Source: Podarcis melisellensis (taxonomy: Eukaryota). Taken from it: 64,000 nucleotides of DNA. The notes under the pieces were generated by a model. The model ran no database searches. It had not been told where the DNA came from and saw only the letters and a program-made list of their open reading frames with translations. Location of the stretch: NCBI GenBank assembly GCA_964234715.1, contig OZ174289.1; one strand, given 5' to 3'. Position 1 is the stretch's first letter, and each line of letters starts with the position of its first letter. Of this stretch, positions 1-13,147 are shown in pieces. The position numbers and the translations under genes are program-made.

Positions 1-270
1 ACAGTTACTCCTAGTCTATAGCTTCTCAACTATCTGTTTAAATAAGATGCACTTTCTGTGAATCAAGGGGAAAGTTCCAAAAATTGTACGTATGTCTTAT
101 TGACTTATTATTAGTACCAACTGGTCTATGCCCAGTTTGAAATAACATGCCAGCACATATTTTCCACTTCCTCATGCATGCCCCAAGTAATTAGATTATA
201 ATACCTAGCACTACTGCAAAAAGCTACTTTCTGCAAGCATTCATTTCTAATAAAATTGTACAGTCCTTTA

Positions 271-279
271 AAAGGATAT
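271..279 (-). other. U12-type (minor spliceosome) 5' splice site, AT-AC class
   Basis: Minus strand reads GA|ATATCCTTT exactly where DIAPH2 homology stops, a perfect RTATCCTTT consensus. The 3' end of the intron was not identified in the window. Confidence 0.88.
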
Positions 280-398
280 TCCATTTCCACTTTGATGTCA
301 CTAAGGCGGTGGGCCAACTCAATTAAGTCTTCTTCTTTGTTTTCATCAAACACTTTCAACTGAATATCCAGTTCTTCATTCTCCTTCTCTTTTAGATC
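280..398 (-). CDS. DIAPH2: DIAPH2 exon (equivalent to human exon 11), 119 nt: DLKEKENEELDIQLKVFDENKEEDLIELAHRLSDIKVEM(D)
   Basis: Acceptor tag|GAT at 400-399; phase 0 start matches the upstream exon; ends ATG GA followed by ATATCCTTT (U12 donor). Confidence 0.93.
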
Positions 399-3300
399 CT
401 ATTATTCCATGAAATAAATTGAATAGTTTATCATAAAACGTATCTTAATGGCATACTTTTCAACTCTTCTATACCTACAGTACAACCAAGCATAACCACG
501 TAGTTGAAGGTCATATGTTGAGTTTACAACCACCGTATGTTCTTCTCATCCTTTGTATATTTAAGTAAGAAATATGTTTCGCCACAGTATGATACATACA
601 GACTTAGGACTATTGGTTGCTGATACATGTACATGATACACCATAGACAAAGCAAAAGTGTAACAGAAATTTTCACCTTATTATGTACTTTATAGGCATA
701 CAAACATCAAAAACTTCCTAGATCAAATAAAAACTTGATCCAGTACAGCAGCTGAAAAATACCTTGAAGGAGTCATGCAGCTATGACACAAATTGCTTGC
801 AACACTGACTGCATTTGAATGAAGCACATGGATATATTCAAGCACAACAGTCCCAAGTATGGCTTATTGAGAATTCTGCTTAAATTGCTGCTCCTACTCT
901 GCCACTACAACCGTGAATGCCTATTCCATGTAATGTGCTCATTAAGGAACTGGTTTTGCTCATGCATTCTCCATGAACAGTCATAAACTAAAATACTATG
1001 TGAAAGTGTTACCTTCAGTTGCATAATCACAGTAGACTGGCATCTTTATTTTGTAGTCATGTTGCACTATTAATGCTTGTCCACATTAACCTCAAAGTCT
1101 CAATTTGAACAATTCTAATTCAAATGAGGTTACAATGGTGCATATCTGTCCAGAATATGGAGCTCTTTCAATGAGTTTTTTTATTATTATAGACTGTCAG
1201 ACCTTATGTAAAAAGGTGTTGATGGTATTTAAATTTCTGAATTTTGAGAGTGGTCTGGCTGTGACAAATTCATTTCTTAAGACTACCCATGGCGAGTATC
1301 TATCCTTGGGTGGCACTCTCTGCTGGAAATGTATTTCATTCCCAGTTGTAGGTCCTACAAGGTGAAACTCTTCCTCCTAAGAAGTGTATGTATATGATCA
1401 TATCCTATTACCTTATATCAGAAAAATCACTCTGCCTTGATAGACTATGAAGACATATGAAAGGATAGACATTAAATCTATCATACTGAGTATAAAACAT
1501 ACTGGCTGAAGCAGCTTTGTTCATACTGGCTGTTCTAAGCAGCTTTGACTATACAGTGGAGCTCCCTTCCTTTAAATGCCTCCCTTCCTTTAAATGCTAA
1601 GTATGAACAATTATTGGCTGTTAATAATATGAATCTGGTTTAGTAGTTGATATCTACCAGTTTTTGTTTGATTTAAAATACTTCTAACAAATTGCAATGT
1701 ATGTATCATTACAACATACATCTGGTGAACTTTAAACCTCACAGTATGACTATTTTGCTTTCTGCATCCTGCATAGTACTCCTGTTTTCATATAAAACAA
1801 TTTTTTGCCTAGGTTCCTACTTGTGTTTAAATACTAGAGTAATTATTAATTTGTAACACAGTAAAAACAGCATGCATCAAAGTTGTTGTTGTTGTTTTAA
1901 AAGAAAAAAAGAAAAATCCAAACTTTTACAGCATGCCACACTAGAGATTGTTGGGATTAATATATCACCTTGAAGTTCTTTTACTATGATCCCTTTTATC
2001 TCGCAGATTTCAAAAGACATTCGATAATCACAAGTGAGGACATTCAAAGACGATAATAGGAGAAGTAAGATGACCAGGTGTGGCGCCTACAACAAAAATG
2101 TCAGCAATGTGGAGCCCACAGTTAGCCACATAGAACAGAACTCACTGTATTGAGGAATGATGACTATCCCATGTTCATACCAGAAGTATCAAGTAGGCAG
2201 AGACCTGTAAGTCATTGAACCATGCAACACTAAAAACTTATCTTGTTTTTAAGTAATAATATGGCGGTGTATAAATGCAAAGAAGATGCAAAGAAAGTCA
2301 AACTTTTCCCATGCATTATGCATAAATAATAAAACCTCTTGCAGGCAAAATGAAAGCATTACTTTGATGCAAACAATAGCAAACAAAAAGAAAGCAGTAT
2401 ATAATAATCATGTTATTTAAGAAATCAGTATGGTGCTTTTACTCACAAGAAAGCCTGCTGGATCTTGGTCTGCAATGTATTATGAAGGGGCTGAGAAACA
2501 TTATCAGAAATACTAACTTTTTCTTTCTAGATTTCTAACCATCCACAATCTACTTAACTTTGAAATAGTCCTGCTGACAAATAAAGTTTAGCTGAGAGTT
2601 ATCCTGAATTTAAGCTCATTGAAAAGGTCACGATCATTATCCAACACCTAGAACTGAATGATGAATTATCCCTCTATATCAGCTACTATTTGATCCAGGC
2701 CACTATTTCAATGAAGCAGAGAAACTTAGTTCAATCTTAAGAGGCCTTAGGTTGTGAAACACACTTAATATATTAATAAACCTATTTTAATTTACCCCAA
2801 ATGTTATTTTCACTAAAAACCTAATTATACTAACTTGAAGGCTACATACAAATAAGACGACTTGAATTTGTAGAATAAAAGGTTTAATTAAGGGTGAACA
2901 TCTGCCAGTCAGGATGTTCCACTATAAACCTGTCTGTGCAAAAGTTGTTCCTAAGAACCATTCCTTAATTGATCAGACCTACTAACACCCTGCTTTATTA
3001 AATGAGTAAGCAACTGATTATCTGCACTAATCTATCACCTTCACTTTACACATCTATATTCCCTCATTAAAATGTGGATCCTTAACTGCACATTCAAATT
3101 AATGTCTAAATTATGCCAAAGGTTAGGACATAATTATGACTGCAGACGGAATTTCAAATAACCTAATAAAAATATGAATCTAGACACAAACAGAAAATAA
3201 TTTTGCCTTCTATGCCTTATAAGATCCTTCGGAACCTGGCTGTAACGTATTTTCTGCTATTAACTTTTCAAGTTTTGTTGGCAAATATGAAACAAAAGCA

Positions 3301-3481
3301 AGCCTTTAGATAGATGTATTTTAATAAACATTTTTTTTCTGCCAGTCAACAACTATTTTAAATTTTCAATAATAAGATATGGTTATTTTTCAGACTACCT
3401 CTCTTATATTTATGTGTTGCGCAGGAAAAATGATAACTTCAATTGAAATACACCATTTTGTTCCCAGATCCAATTTGATAA

Positions 3482-3811
3482 AAAGGTAAATGGACCCCTG
3501 ACCATTAGGTCCAGTTGTGACCGACTCTGGGGTTGTGGAGCTCATCTTGCTTTATTGGCTGCGGAAGCCGGCATATAGCTTCCAGGTCATGTGGCCAGCA
3601 TGACTAAGCCACTTCTGGCGAACCAGAGCAGCGCACAGAAACGCCGTTTACCTTCCCGCTGCACTATCTACTTGCACTTTGACGTGTTTTCGAACTGCTA
3701 GGTTGGCAGGAGCAGGGACCAAGCAACGGGAGCTCATGGGGATTTGAACCGCCAACCTTCTGATCGGCAAGTCCTAGGCTCTGTGGTTTAACCCACAGCA
3801 CCACCTGCGTC
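3482..3811 (-). mobile_element. Sauria SINE
   Basis: Reverse complement of the Sauria SINE body (GACGCAGGTGGTGCTGTGGGTTAAACC... to an ACCTTT tail); degenerate flanking repeat caatttgata/aaatttgtta. Confidence 0.88.
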
Positions 3812-3843
3812 AAATTTGTTATACCTATACTAATTTTTTTAAA

Positions 3844-4203
3844 GGGACGCAGGTGGCACTGTGGTCTAAACCACTGAGCCTAGGGCTTGCCAACTGGCAG
3901 GTTGGCAGTTTGAATCCCCACGACACGGTGAGCTCCCGTTGCTTGGTCCCAGCTCCTGCCAACCTAGCAGTTCGAAAGCACGTCAAAGTTCAAATACATA
4001 AATAGGTACCGCTCCAGCGGGAAGGTAAACAGTGTTTCCGTGCACTGCTTTGGTTTCGCAGAAGCAGCTTAATCATGCTGGCCACATGACCCGGAAAAAC
4101 TATCTGCAGACAAACGTCGGCTCCCTCGGCCAGTAAAGCAAAATGAACACTGCAACCCCAGTCGTTCACAACTGGACTTAACTATCAGGGGTCCCTTACC
4201 TTT
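3844..4203 (+). mobile_element. Sauria SINE, full length
   Basis: GGGACGCAGGTGGCACTGTGG head with box B-like GTTTGAATCCC, tail ending CCTTACCTTT; TSD-like tatactaatttt(ttt)aaa at 3826-3843 and 4204-4218. Confidence 0.9.
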
Positions 4204-4289
4204 TATACTAATTTTAAAACAATGGTTTTATATATACATATATAAAAAATGGTATCTGCCAGAGTCCCAACAACCTGAGCAAATATGGA

Positions 4290-4405
4290 GTGGTATTTAA
4301 TGCTAGTCCTACTCAGAGTAGACCCACTGAACTTAATGGGCATGACTAAATTAGGTTCATTAATTTTAGTGGGTCTACTCTGAGTAGGACTTAGTTAAAT
4401 ACCAC
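4290..4405. repeat. Palindromic MITE-like hairpin
   Basis: Arms GTCCTACTCAGAGTAGACCCACT / AGTGGGTCTACTCTGAGTAGGAC are perfectly complementary; outer arms GTGGTATTTAA / TTAAATACCAC also pair. Confidence 0.75.
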
Positions 4406-4699
4406 CTACACTCACTCCCTCTTTTGAATGGGACAAGTAGCATTGTAAACTGAGACTACAACCAGACAAGCAAAGGAAAAGACAGTTTTTATAGAGCATT
4501 TCCATGGAGCATATGCATGTCACACAACAGTATGATATGATTACAGTTAAGTGCACAGCCCATCGACATAATTAATATAAACAATAAGCAGAAGTAGAGA
4601 AGAATGTAAAGACTAAAGGAAAACGTGCTAGCTCAATCACATCTTATATTCTGATTCCAAACTTCTGGGGGAATGTCTCACCATTATGTAGCCAAAATC

Positions 4700-5225
4700 G
4701 CTTGGAGAACCATAATGCTTGTAGCATACATAAAGAATGCCAGGCCCTTCTTTATGCAATCCCTTCCCTGAGAGGTTAGGAGAATGGCAACACAAGAACG
4801 GACCTTTTCTGTGGTGGCTCCATGTTTGTGGAATGCTCTCCCCAAAGGGACTCATCTAGCACAGGCATCCCCAACCTGCGGCCCTCCAGATGTTTTGGCC
4901 TACAACTCCCACAATCCCTAGCTAACAGGACCAGTGGTCAGGGATGATGGGAATTGTAGTCTCAAAACATCTGGAGGGCCGAAGGTGGGGGATGCCTAAT
5001 CTGGAACCATCATTACATGCCTTTAGGCACCAGGCAAAAACAGTCCAAGCTTTTGGACATTAAATAATTGGTGTAAGGGTGGGTGGGTGTTATTACGCTT
5101 ATTTAATTGTTATGCTATCTATTATTTTGCTTATTGTGTTTTTATTATTGTGCTCTGTAAAATGTGTTAATGTTGTACATCACCCTGGGATCTTTTGATA
5201 AAGGGCAGTATATAAAATGAATTAA
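4700..5225 (+). mobile_element. Degenerate L2 LINE 3' fragment, interrupted by a hAT MITE
   Basis: L2-like motif ACCTTTTCTGTGGTGGCTCC...TGTGGAATGCTCTCCC, then a T-rich 3' UTR and CACCCTGGGATC...GGGCAGTATATAAA tail. Boundaries approximate. Confidence 0.55.
4862..4998. mobile_element. hAT MITE (URR1-like, CTACAACTCCC family)
   Basis: TIR CAGGCATCCCC / GGGGATGCCT(A); internal palindrome CCCTCCAGATGTTTTG / CAAAACATCTGGAGGG; imperfect 8-bp TSD atctagca/atctggaa. Confidence 0.8.
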
Positions 5226-8190
5226 TGGTGGTGGTGGTGATGATATCTTGGGGGCGGGATGATTGAGGGGGAGAGACCCAAACAGCTTAGTGAGAACTAA
5301 GCATGCTCAGTGAACACAGAATGTTAATTGGTCAGGGTGAGGGAAACGGAAAGCCAGGGTGGGTAGAAAGAAAGATAGAATGGAGTATCCAGGAAGAGGA
5401 CCGATTGGCTGGAACCCTGGACAGGAACACTCTGCATATTTTGTTTAGAGTCCTTTTATTTTAAAACAGAGAATTAGGAAAAAATATAGAGTAATGTCAC
5501 ACCCAGAAGGTAACACTTGTAGTTTAGAACCCACAAGTTTTGAAAGAATATAGTAACCATAATTTATGTAACGGCTTATGTCTTCTTTCAAAAATTCTCT
5601 AAGCAAGCACAATTTATAGAAAATAAGGTGTGATCACCTCACAAAACTATTTTGTTTTCCTCGAGTTCAACCTATGGTCTATATAACCAATCCTTAGGGA
5701 AAGTCAAACTCATTAAATAGAATTAATCTAATTCTTCTTTGGCAGTGAAAAAATTCAACAGAGGATTGAGGTCATAATATTTTAAAATGCTAATGTTTTT
5801 AAGAAAATAGGTGATAAAGTTGCAGTTCTCCCCACTGAACCATATTATAGTTGCAGCATTTGCTTGATGAAATACCAAGTGTTCGATGTTATAAGAGAGT
5901 GTTGGGGAAAATTATAGCCACGTGTTAAAATGCAAAAGGCTGATGCTGCAAGGAGCACTTACCCAAGAAAGTTATTGTCACTTCTGCTATTTATACAGTA
6001 TAGGGGTGGCCCTGAACAGCCCATCTAATACTATTATGGAAGTGCATTTTCAGCAACCCATTTGTTTTTGTAGCTAAATAAATTCAGCTTTCCTTGGAAA
6101 ACGTAGAACCAATAATTAGATATAAGTGTTGTTCAGCTGTATACTGGGCTTTTAGAAAAAAAGAACATAACTGAAAGTATATTTTGATTTTATACTAATG
6201 GAATAAATTTAGCACAACAGCAAGCTAAACAGAGAATATGTTACATGTTTTTTTTTAAACTGAGGTTGATATTCAGTGTTACATTAGTAGAACCAAACGC
6301 TTGTGTTCAGCCAGTCTGATTTTTGCTCTCATTTCCCTAGACTAACATATCACAAACTGCATTGGAAGCTACCCAGGATTCCAAAAGCTGTTTTCTGTGT
6401 ACCATAGGTGCAGAGGGCTACTATTTGAGATCTTATAAATGCTGGTCTAAGAGTCATAACTCTTATTACTTGTTTATAGGAGCTGTTTATAATTGAAAAT
6501 TACAAGAGCATAGTTTTCTATTCTATATACACTTAAATTGACTAATGAGAAAAGAAGTTCTACCATCATGGCATCAGGAAGATGAAATGGATATCGGAGA
6601 TTGGAATTTTTATTACAAACTTCTAGGAGATTTTAAGAGCTTGCACAGGAGTCAAAGTATACTTATAACTTCAGTTCACACAAATAGATCCAACACGGCT
6701 ATCAAGTATAGGGTATGATTTGGGGAACATAAGATGTGCCACTAACAAACTATACCCAGATTAGCTTTAGACTTGCATTACCACAACAAACCATGCCTTC
6801 TTTTATCATTTTGTGATTTCCCTTCTATATGGGCTTCAAGATACTTTTCTTCATCACAGCTTGTTTAGAATTCAGAATCACAATCAAATATTGTTCTTGG
6901 CAACTATGATGGCATTCTATCAACTTAATTCTGGGTTATATTCAGTGCTCATGCAATGAGATTTCACCTTCATTCACTTTGTCCATGCAGCCCTCTGTGA
7001 AGCATCAAAATCAAAATAGAGAGTTGGGTCACCACGTGCCAGCATATATCTTTAACTTACTGGCAGTAGTGCCTTTGCATTAGTAAATCAGTGTGCAAAC
7101 AATTCACTCCCTTTATCTGTGCTCCAGCTGTTCCTGGTAAATAACACATTCTTTATTTACCAGATTCTTTTAGGGGACCTAGCAGCTATCATTTTCAATG
7201 TATGTCTTACCTTCTTCCTCTTAAAAAAATCTGAGAGTATTTTTTAGAAAAATAGTATGTATTTTAAATATACTGTAAAATGTTTTAAAATGCTAACTGG
7301 TAGGAGGGTGGCCTCCTTGAGGCTCCAGGAGAAAGACTTTCCAGCCTCTTCCCATCTCCTTATGCTGTGGTGACCTTCCCGGTGGAAGCCAAACAGGAGG
7401 AAGAGAAGCTGTGCCAAGCACAGCCCCGTCTTCAACACCACCAACACACCCCAGTCTGGATCCTCAGGTTGTCTTCCCATGCCGCTTCCCCAGGCACTCC
7501 CTGGGTCTCCAGAGTTGAGTTTTTAATCTGCGCTTAATCCATGAAGGATGAAACAAGGGAGCAAAGACGAGCTGGCTGGAAAAAATATGAGGAGGGGGAA
7601 GCTTCCTCTTCCCGGTTTCCCACTCGCCTCTCTCCCAATGTCCAGGCAGTACTAAATCAAGTAAGAAAGCAAACAAGAAAAAGTGGAGAGGTAGGGTACA
7701 AAAATTGCTCAGAACTTCCCAGCTGGCTGTGCCTCCCTTTCAGCATTTAGCAAAACTCATCTCTGTGATTTCCCTACACACCTTCTCTTCAAGCACTGGA
7801 CCTTATGGATGCCACCATCTTAGCACGGCAGGAGGTTCAAACATGGACCATAGGAACAGTGGCAATAGCCCCATCAGGAAGGCAGGGCTGCTGCACTTTT
7901 AATGTGAGCACTACAGAAAGAAATCTGTAGTGAAACAGGTGAAACTCTCATGACCAGGAGTTATAAACAGTGACGTTTGTGAGGGCGTTTAGAGAGGGAG
8001 TTTGAGGAGGAGAAGCCCACAATGCTGTCTCATGCTGCGTGTGAAACCAAGAGACATGGGCATTGAGGGGGCTGCTGCAGTAACCTGTGCCATGATTGTC
8101 TTCAGCCTGAGAACATGCAAAACTACACCTGCAGCAAGTGCAAGCTGGTTGCCTTGCTGGAAGAGAAGGTACAGCAACTTGAGGTCCACC

Positions 8191-8346
8191 CAGTGCTATT
8201 TTTCTAGAACGAGGTGCTGGAACTCACCATGAGCACCTCCCTTGTTCTCTTAGAATGGCAATATAGCCCACTTGAGAGGGGCTGGAGCCCACCTGAGAGG
8301 TGCTGGGACTGAGTTCCTATGCGTTCCCACCGGAAAAAAAGCCCTG
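8191..8346. mobile_element. hAT MITE, 156 bp
   Basis: TIR CAGTGCTATTTTT / AAAAAAAGCCCTG; perfect 8-bp TSD GGTCCACC at 8183-8190 and 8347-8354. Confidence 0.85.
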
Positions 8347-8443
8347 GGTCCACCTATCCACACTGGGCAAGATGTGGAGCGCACCTAAAGAAGTGGGAGG
8401 CGCCTAAAGAAACCAGTGTAGTTGCATAAAAAGTGCATATATA

Positions 8444-8643
8444 CAGTGGTACCTCGGGTAAAGTACTTAATTCGTTCCGGAGGTCCATTCTTAACCTGAA
8501 ACTGTTCTTAACCCTGAAACACTACTTTAGCTAATGGGGCCTCCTGCTGCTGCACCACCTGAAGCAAAATTCATAACCCAAGGTAATATTTCTGGGTTAG
8601 CGGAATCTGTAACCTGAAGCGTATGTAACTCGAGGTACCACTT
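8444..8643. mobile_element. Tc1/mariner (Tigger/pogo-like) MITE
   Basis: TIR CAGTGGTACCTCG / CGAGGTACCACT flanked by TA; same family recurs at about 19.3, 19.6, 45.2, 46.9, 55.4 and 57.9 kb. Confidence 0.85.
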
Positions 8644-8645
8644 TA

Positions 8646-10520
8646 ATATGTAGAAGACAGGGGAAATCACAAACTAAGAGTGTACAACACTTTCAGGGAG
8701 AAGCTGAGGCAGGTCAAAGCACAGAGAGAACTCAGGCTTGCAAGAGAGGTTAAAAAGAATTTTAAAAGTTTCTTCAGCTATGTTCAAAGCAAGAGGAAGG
8801 CAAGCAAGTAGTAAGTCCTCCACATGGAAAACTGCTATTGGGTGACAGAGAAAAGGCAGAACTGCTCAACATCTACTTTACCTCTGTCTTCACTCAAAAT
8901 GAAAGTGATGCCTAACCTGGTGATGACAGAATAAACAATGCAAGAAAGGAAAAGCCCAACATAGGAAAAGAGGTGGTACTTTAAATGAATTCAAATCTCC
9001 AGGACCTGATAACCTGCACCAAAGGCTACTAAAAGAGTTAGCGGATGGAATCTCAGAGCCTTTGTCTATAATCTTTGAGAATTATTGGAGAAACTGTGAG
9101 GTCCCCACTAGAGGTGGGCAAATGTCTGCATCTTCAAAAAGGTGGGAAAGAAGACACAGTTAACTACTGACCAGTGAGCTTGACACTGATACCAGGAAAG
9201 GTCCTAGAACAGATAATTCTACAGTCTGTTTTTGAGCACTTAGAAAAGGATGCTGTGATTACTAAAACCAAACATGGATTTCTCGAAAACAAGTCACGCC
9301 TGACTAAACTCATCGCGCGCGCGCTCTCTCTCTCTCTCATAGTGTTACAAGTTTGATGGATCAAGGGAATGCTGTGGATATAGTGTATCTTGATTTCTGT
9401 AAGGCTTTTGACAAAGTTCCCCATCTTGTGGAGAAGCTGGTAAAATGTGGGCTAGACGAAGTAACTATTAGATGGATTTGTAAATGGTTGACTGACCAAC
9501 TCAAAGAGTCCTCACTAATGGTTCCTCGTCATCCTGGAAAAGAGTGACAAGTGGGGTACTGCAGGGTTCTGTCCTGGGCCCGTTGTTGCTCAATGTAGTA
9601 ATAAACAACTTGCATGAAAGTACTGAGGGGATGCTCATAAAATTTGCAAATGACACCAAACTGGGTGGGGGTAGTTAATGTCACAGAAGACAGAATCAGG
9701 ATTCAAGATGACCTTAACATATTAGAAAACTAGGCCAAAACTAGCAAAACAAATTTCAGTAGGGACCAATGTAAGGTTCTGCACTTAGGCAGGAAGAACT
9801 AGCAGCACAAATATAAGATGTGGAACACCTGGCTTGCCAGTAATACATGTAAAAAGGATCTAGGGGTCCTGGTGGACCACAATCTTAACATGAGTCAACA
9901 GTGTCATGCAGCAGCAAAAAAAAGTAAATGCTATTCTAGGCTGCATCAAAAGAAGTATAGTCTTCCAAACAAGGAAAGTATAGCCCCTTTCTATTCTGCC
10001 TTGGTCACAACACACCTGGAGTACTGTATCCAGTTCTGGGCACCACAATTTAAGAAAAATATTGACAAGCTGGAACATGTACAGAGGAGGGTGACCAAGA
10101 TGATAAAGGGCCTGGAAACCAAGCCTTATTAGGAGTGGTTGAGTGGTATGTTTAGCCTGGAAAAGAAGAAACTGAGAGGAGATATGACAGCCATCTTAAA
10201 ATATCTCAAGGGTTGTCACATGGAAGATTGACCATGTTAGTCTTCTCCTGCTCTGGAGGCCAGGACCTGAACAAATGGCTTCAAAAGGAAGGAGATTCCA
10301 ACTAAACAGAAAAACTTTCTGACAGTGCTGTTTGAGAGAGGAACAGTATTCCTTGGGGGGGGGGGGACTCTCCTTCCTTGGAGATTTTTAGCAGAGGTTG
10401 GATGACTATCTGTCATGTATGCTTTAGCTGAAATTCCAACATTGTCGGGGGTTGCAGGGGGTTGGACTAGATGCCCTTGGGTCCCATCCAACTCTTCAAT
10501 TCTATTGTTCTATTATTCTA
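8646..10520 (+). mobile_element. CR1 LINE, 5'-truncated, ORF2 (RT) frameshifted
   Basis: Peptides SLTLIPGKVLEQII, VDIVYLDFCKAFDKVPH, QGSVLGP, KFANDTKL (decayed FADD), HLEYCIQFWAPQ; 3' tail of (ATTCTAT)-like repeats near 10500-10520. Confidence 0.93.
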
Positions 10521-11021
10521 ATGATATGCTCAATATACTTGTATTCTTTAATTACAGACGGCACCTTTTTCTTGCAATTAACAGCAAACACAAGATGGAA
10601 GTTTATTGTTATCTGTCATAATTGCAAAATTATGATAAATAATAAGTTAATAATTGCAAAATGCTTTGTTATCATTATCCTGCTCTTCTTGTAAGTCATT
10701 TGAAGATGGGGAGTTGATCCTTAAATACTGCAATTACAGATAGGAAAGTCTATCATGCAAAGGTGGATTTAAAACCTAAATCCCCATGTCTGTTTTACTT
10801 ATCCAATATACAGTATATACTAAAAACAGATAAATTCCTAGATGAACAGGATAACTAACCATGCTGTCGCATTTTGCTCCCATTTCACTATGATTACAAA
10901 TTATAAATAACCATTAAAGTCATACTTGGTTGCTGCATGAAAAACTTGTGTATTATTTATCATCATAAGGCAAGCAGTCATGGTATTCAGTGCATTAGTA
11001 GTACCTCGGCAAATAACTTAC

Positions 11022-11132
11022 TGGCAATATTTTCTTTAGTCCACAGCGCAGGAATTCATTTCTCAAGTGTATCCTAAAATCAAGATCTTCAGGGGAAGTG
11101 ACAAGGGCATTTATGAACTGCATGCAGGCTGC
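11022..11132 (-). CDS. DIAPH2: DIAPH2 exon (equivalent to human exon 10), 111 nt: AACMQFINALVTSPEDLDFRIHLRNEFLRCGLKKILP
   Basis: ttacag|GCA...CCA|gtaagt; phase 0-0; conserved formin FH3 motif FRIHLRNEF. Confidence 0.96.
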
Positions 11133-12621
11133 CTGTAATTAAAAATTATGGTAAAAGCAGCTTATTAGATTCAGCCTTCTCAATGCACACAAGCAATAAA
11201 CATAGTAGGGGGGAAAACGTTCTTAAATAAGGAAATGTACATTCTAACTAAAAACTTATTTTATGGAGCAACACAGTAATATACTTTACAATAAAACTAT
11301 ATTGCCAATAATGCATCCCACTTAGACTGACCTCCATGAAGTATGTGTCAAAAGCTGTGCATTATAATTAAATGCTGGTGTTTGAGTTAGATATAACACT
11401 GTAGATGGTGGAACTTATTATTAAGAGATATTATTAGGGCAGTGCGGCCTTTTTCATAACAAGTGGGCCACAAGAGTACTTCGACACATAACATTGCCTT
11501 GTCATGCACATGGGAAGGCAGAGCAAGGCCAAAATTTGGCGCACGCGCATATACACAAATCCTTGCAGCCCTCACACTGCCTTCCCAAAGGCAACTAAAT
11601 GAGGTGCTAGGCTTTGGGAAGGAGTGCAAGGCTCTGGCAAGGTAATAGAGTCCTCCCAGCTTATTTACAAAGCCAGGAAAGTGCAAATGAGACTTTGAGA
11701 AGGTGGCAGGAGGACTCGAGAACCCTGTCAGAGACTCGCACTTCTTTCCCAAAACTCAGCACTTCAGGATGGCAGTGTGAGGGCTGCAGGGCAGATGGTT
11801 GTCAAATGTTGCCAAGGGCTGCCCAAGAAGGTCTCAAGGACCACAGGCAGACCTCAGGCCACATTTTGGACCACCATGTATTAATTAGAGAGTACCAAGT
11901 TTAGCTAAAAGATTAAAAGCAAGTATTATTTGGGGAAAGCTACTGGCCAGCATTTTCTAAGAGGGAGCAAAGACTGAGCCTCATTTTTCGCCATTTAGTT
12001 TTTAGCAGCACTTCAAGTTATACATGAAATCTGTGCCCAGAGATACCAAAAGAGTGTAACTTTTCTATACAGACTGCTGCAAGCTGGTGAAATCTTCCAG
12101 TACCATACATGCATACAATGCTGTCATTGTACTTGCCTGAATGATCCTTGTTATGTTATGACTGTGACATGACTGAACAAGCCAAAGTACATGTCCAATC
12201 GAAAATTAATAGAGAGAAAAGGTGCCATCTGCTGTGATTGTTTTTGCCAGAAGAAATTCTGGCTTAATTGCTTGTATTAATACTGGTAAAGTGAACATTT
12301 CAGTCAGAAACGAGTTAATGAGTCTTGCAGTTGTACCTTCAGTCAAGGAGTTTGGATGAGAGAGATCATAAAACTTGCAAAAGCCTTTAAAGTGGATTCA
12401 CTGTGACACCAGTATAACTGAATGCATCAGAATGGCAGTTCACGTAATGCTATAAATATACAGGTTGATCTTAATATGTGATGTAAAGTTATATATTCTT
12501 GATCACAGGGAGTTTCCCCTTTTCTTTTATCTAGCTCTTACACTGGGCACCATAACAGAAGGTCTAAAGGGCAAAATGACAATAACTTTTAAGTGTCCCC
12601 TTTAAAAAAGGAAAAGAGAAC

Positions 12622-13146
12622 CTAGATTATTTAGACTACTGCGATGCGTTCTATATGGGGCTACCTTTGAAAGTGACTTGGAAACTACAACTAATCCAGA
12701 ATGTGGTAGCAAGGCTGGTGACTGGGAGTAGCCACCCGGACCATGTAACACTGGTCCTAAAGGATCTTCACTGGCTCCAAGCACAATTCAAAGTGTTGGT
12801 GCTGACCTTTACAAAAGCCCTACACCACCTCAGCCCAGTATACCTGAAGGAGCGTGTCTACCCCCATTGTTCAGTCACTGAGATCCTCCTCCAAGGGTCT
12901 TCTGGTGGTTCCCTCACTGAGAGAAGCAAAGTTACAGGGAACCAGGCAGAGGGCCTTCTTGGAAGTGGCACCTGCCCTTCAGATGTGAAGGAAATAAAAA
13001 ACTACATAACTTTTAGAAGATATCTGAAGGCAGCCCTGTATTGGTAAGTTTTTAATGTTTGATGTTTTACTATGTTTTGTATATGCTGTAAGCCACCCAG
13101 AGTACCTGGGGAAACCCAGCCAGATGGGCGGGGTATAAATAGTAAA
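12622..13146 (+). mobile_element. L2 LINE 3' fragment
   Basis: Translation LDYC..YMGLPLK..KLQLIQNVVARLVTG..DHVTLVLKDLHWL..FKVLVLTF, typical of the L2 ORF2 C-terminus, followed by 3' UTR and simple-repeat tail. Confidence 0.88.
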
Positions 13147-13147
13147 G

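Noticed and set aside
1105-1365. Coding-looking stretch or alternative terminal exon (contains LRNEF on the minus strand)
   Set aside because: Weak acceptor and no extended similarity to formins or any protein I recognise.
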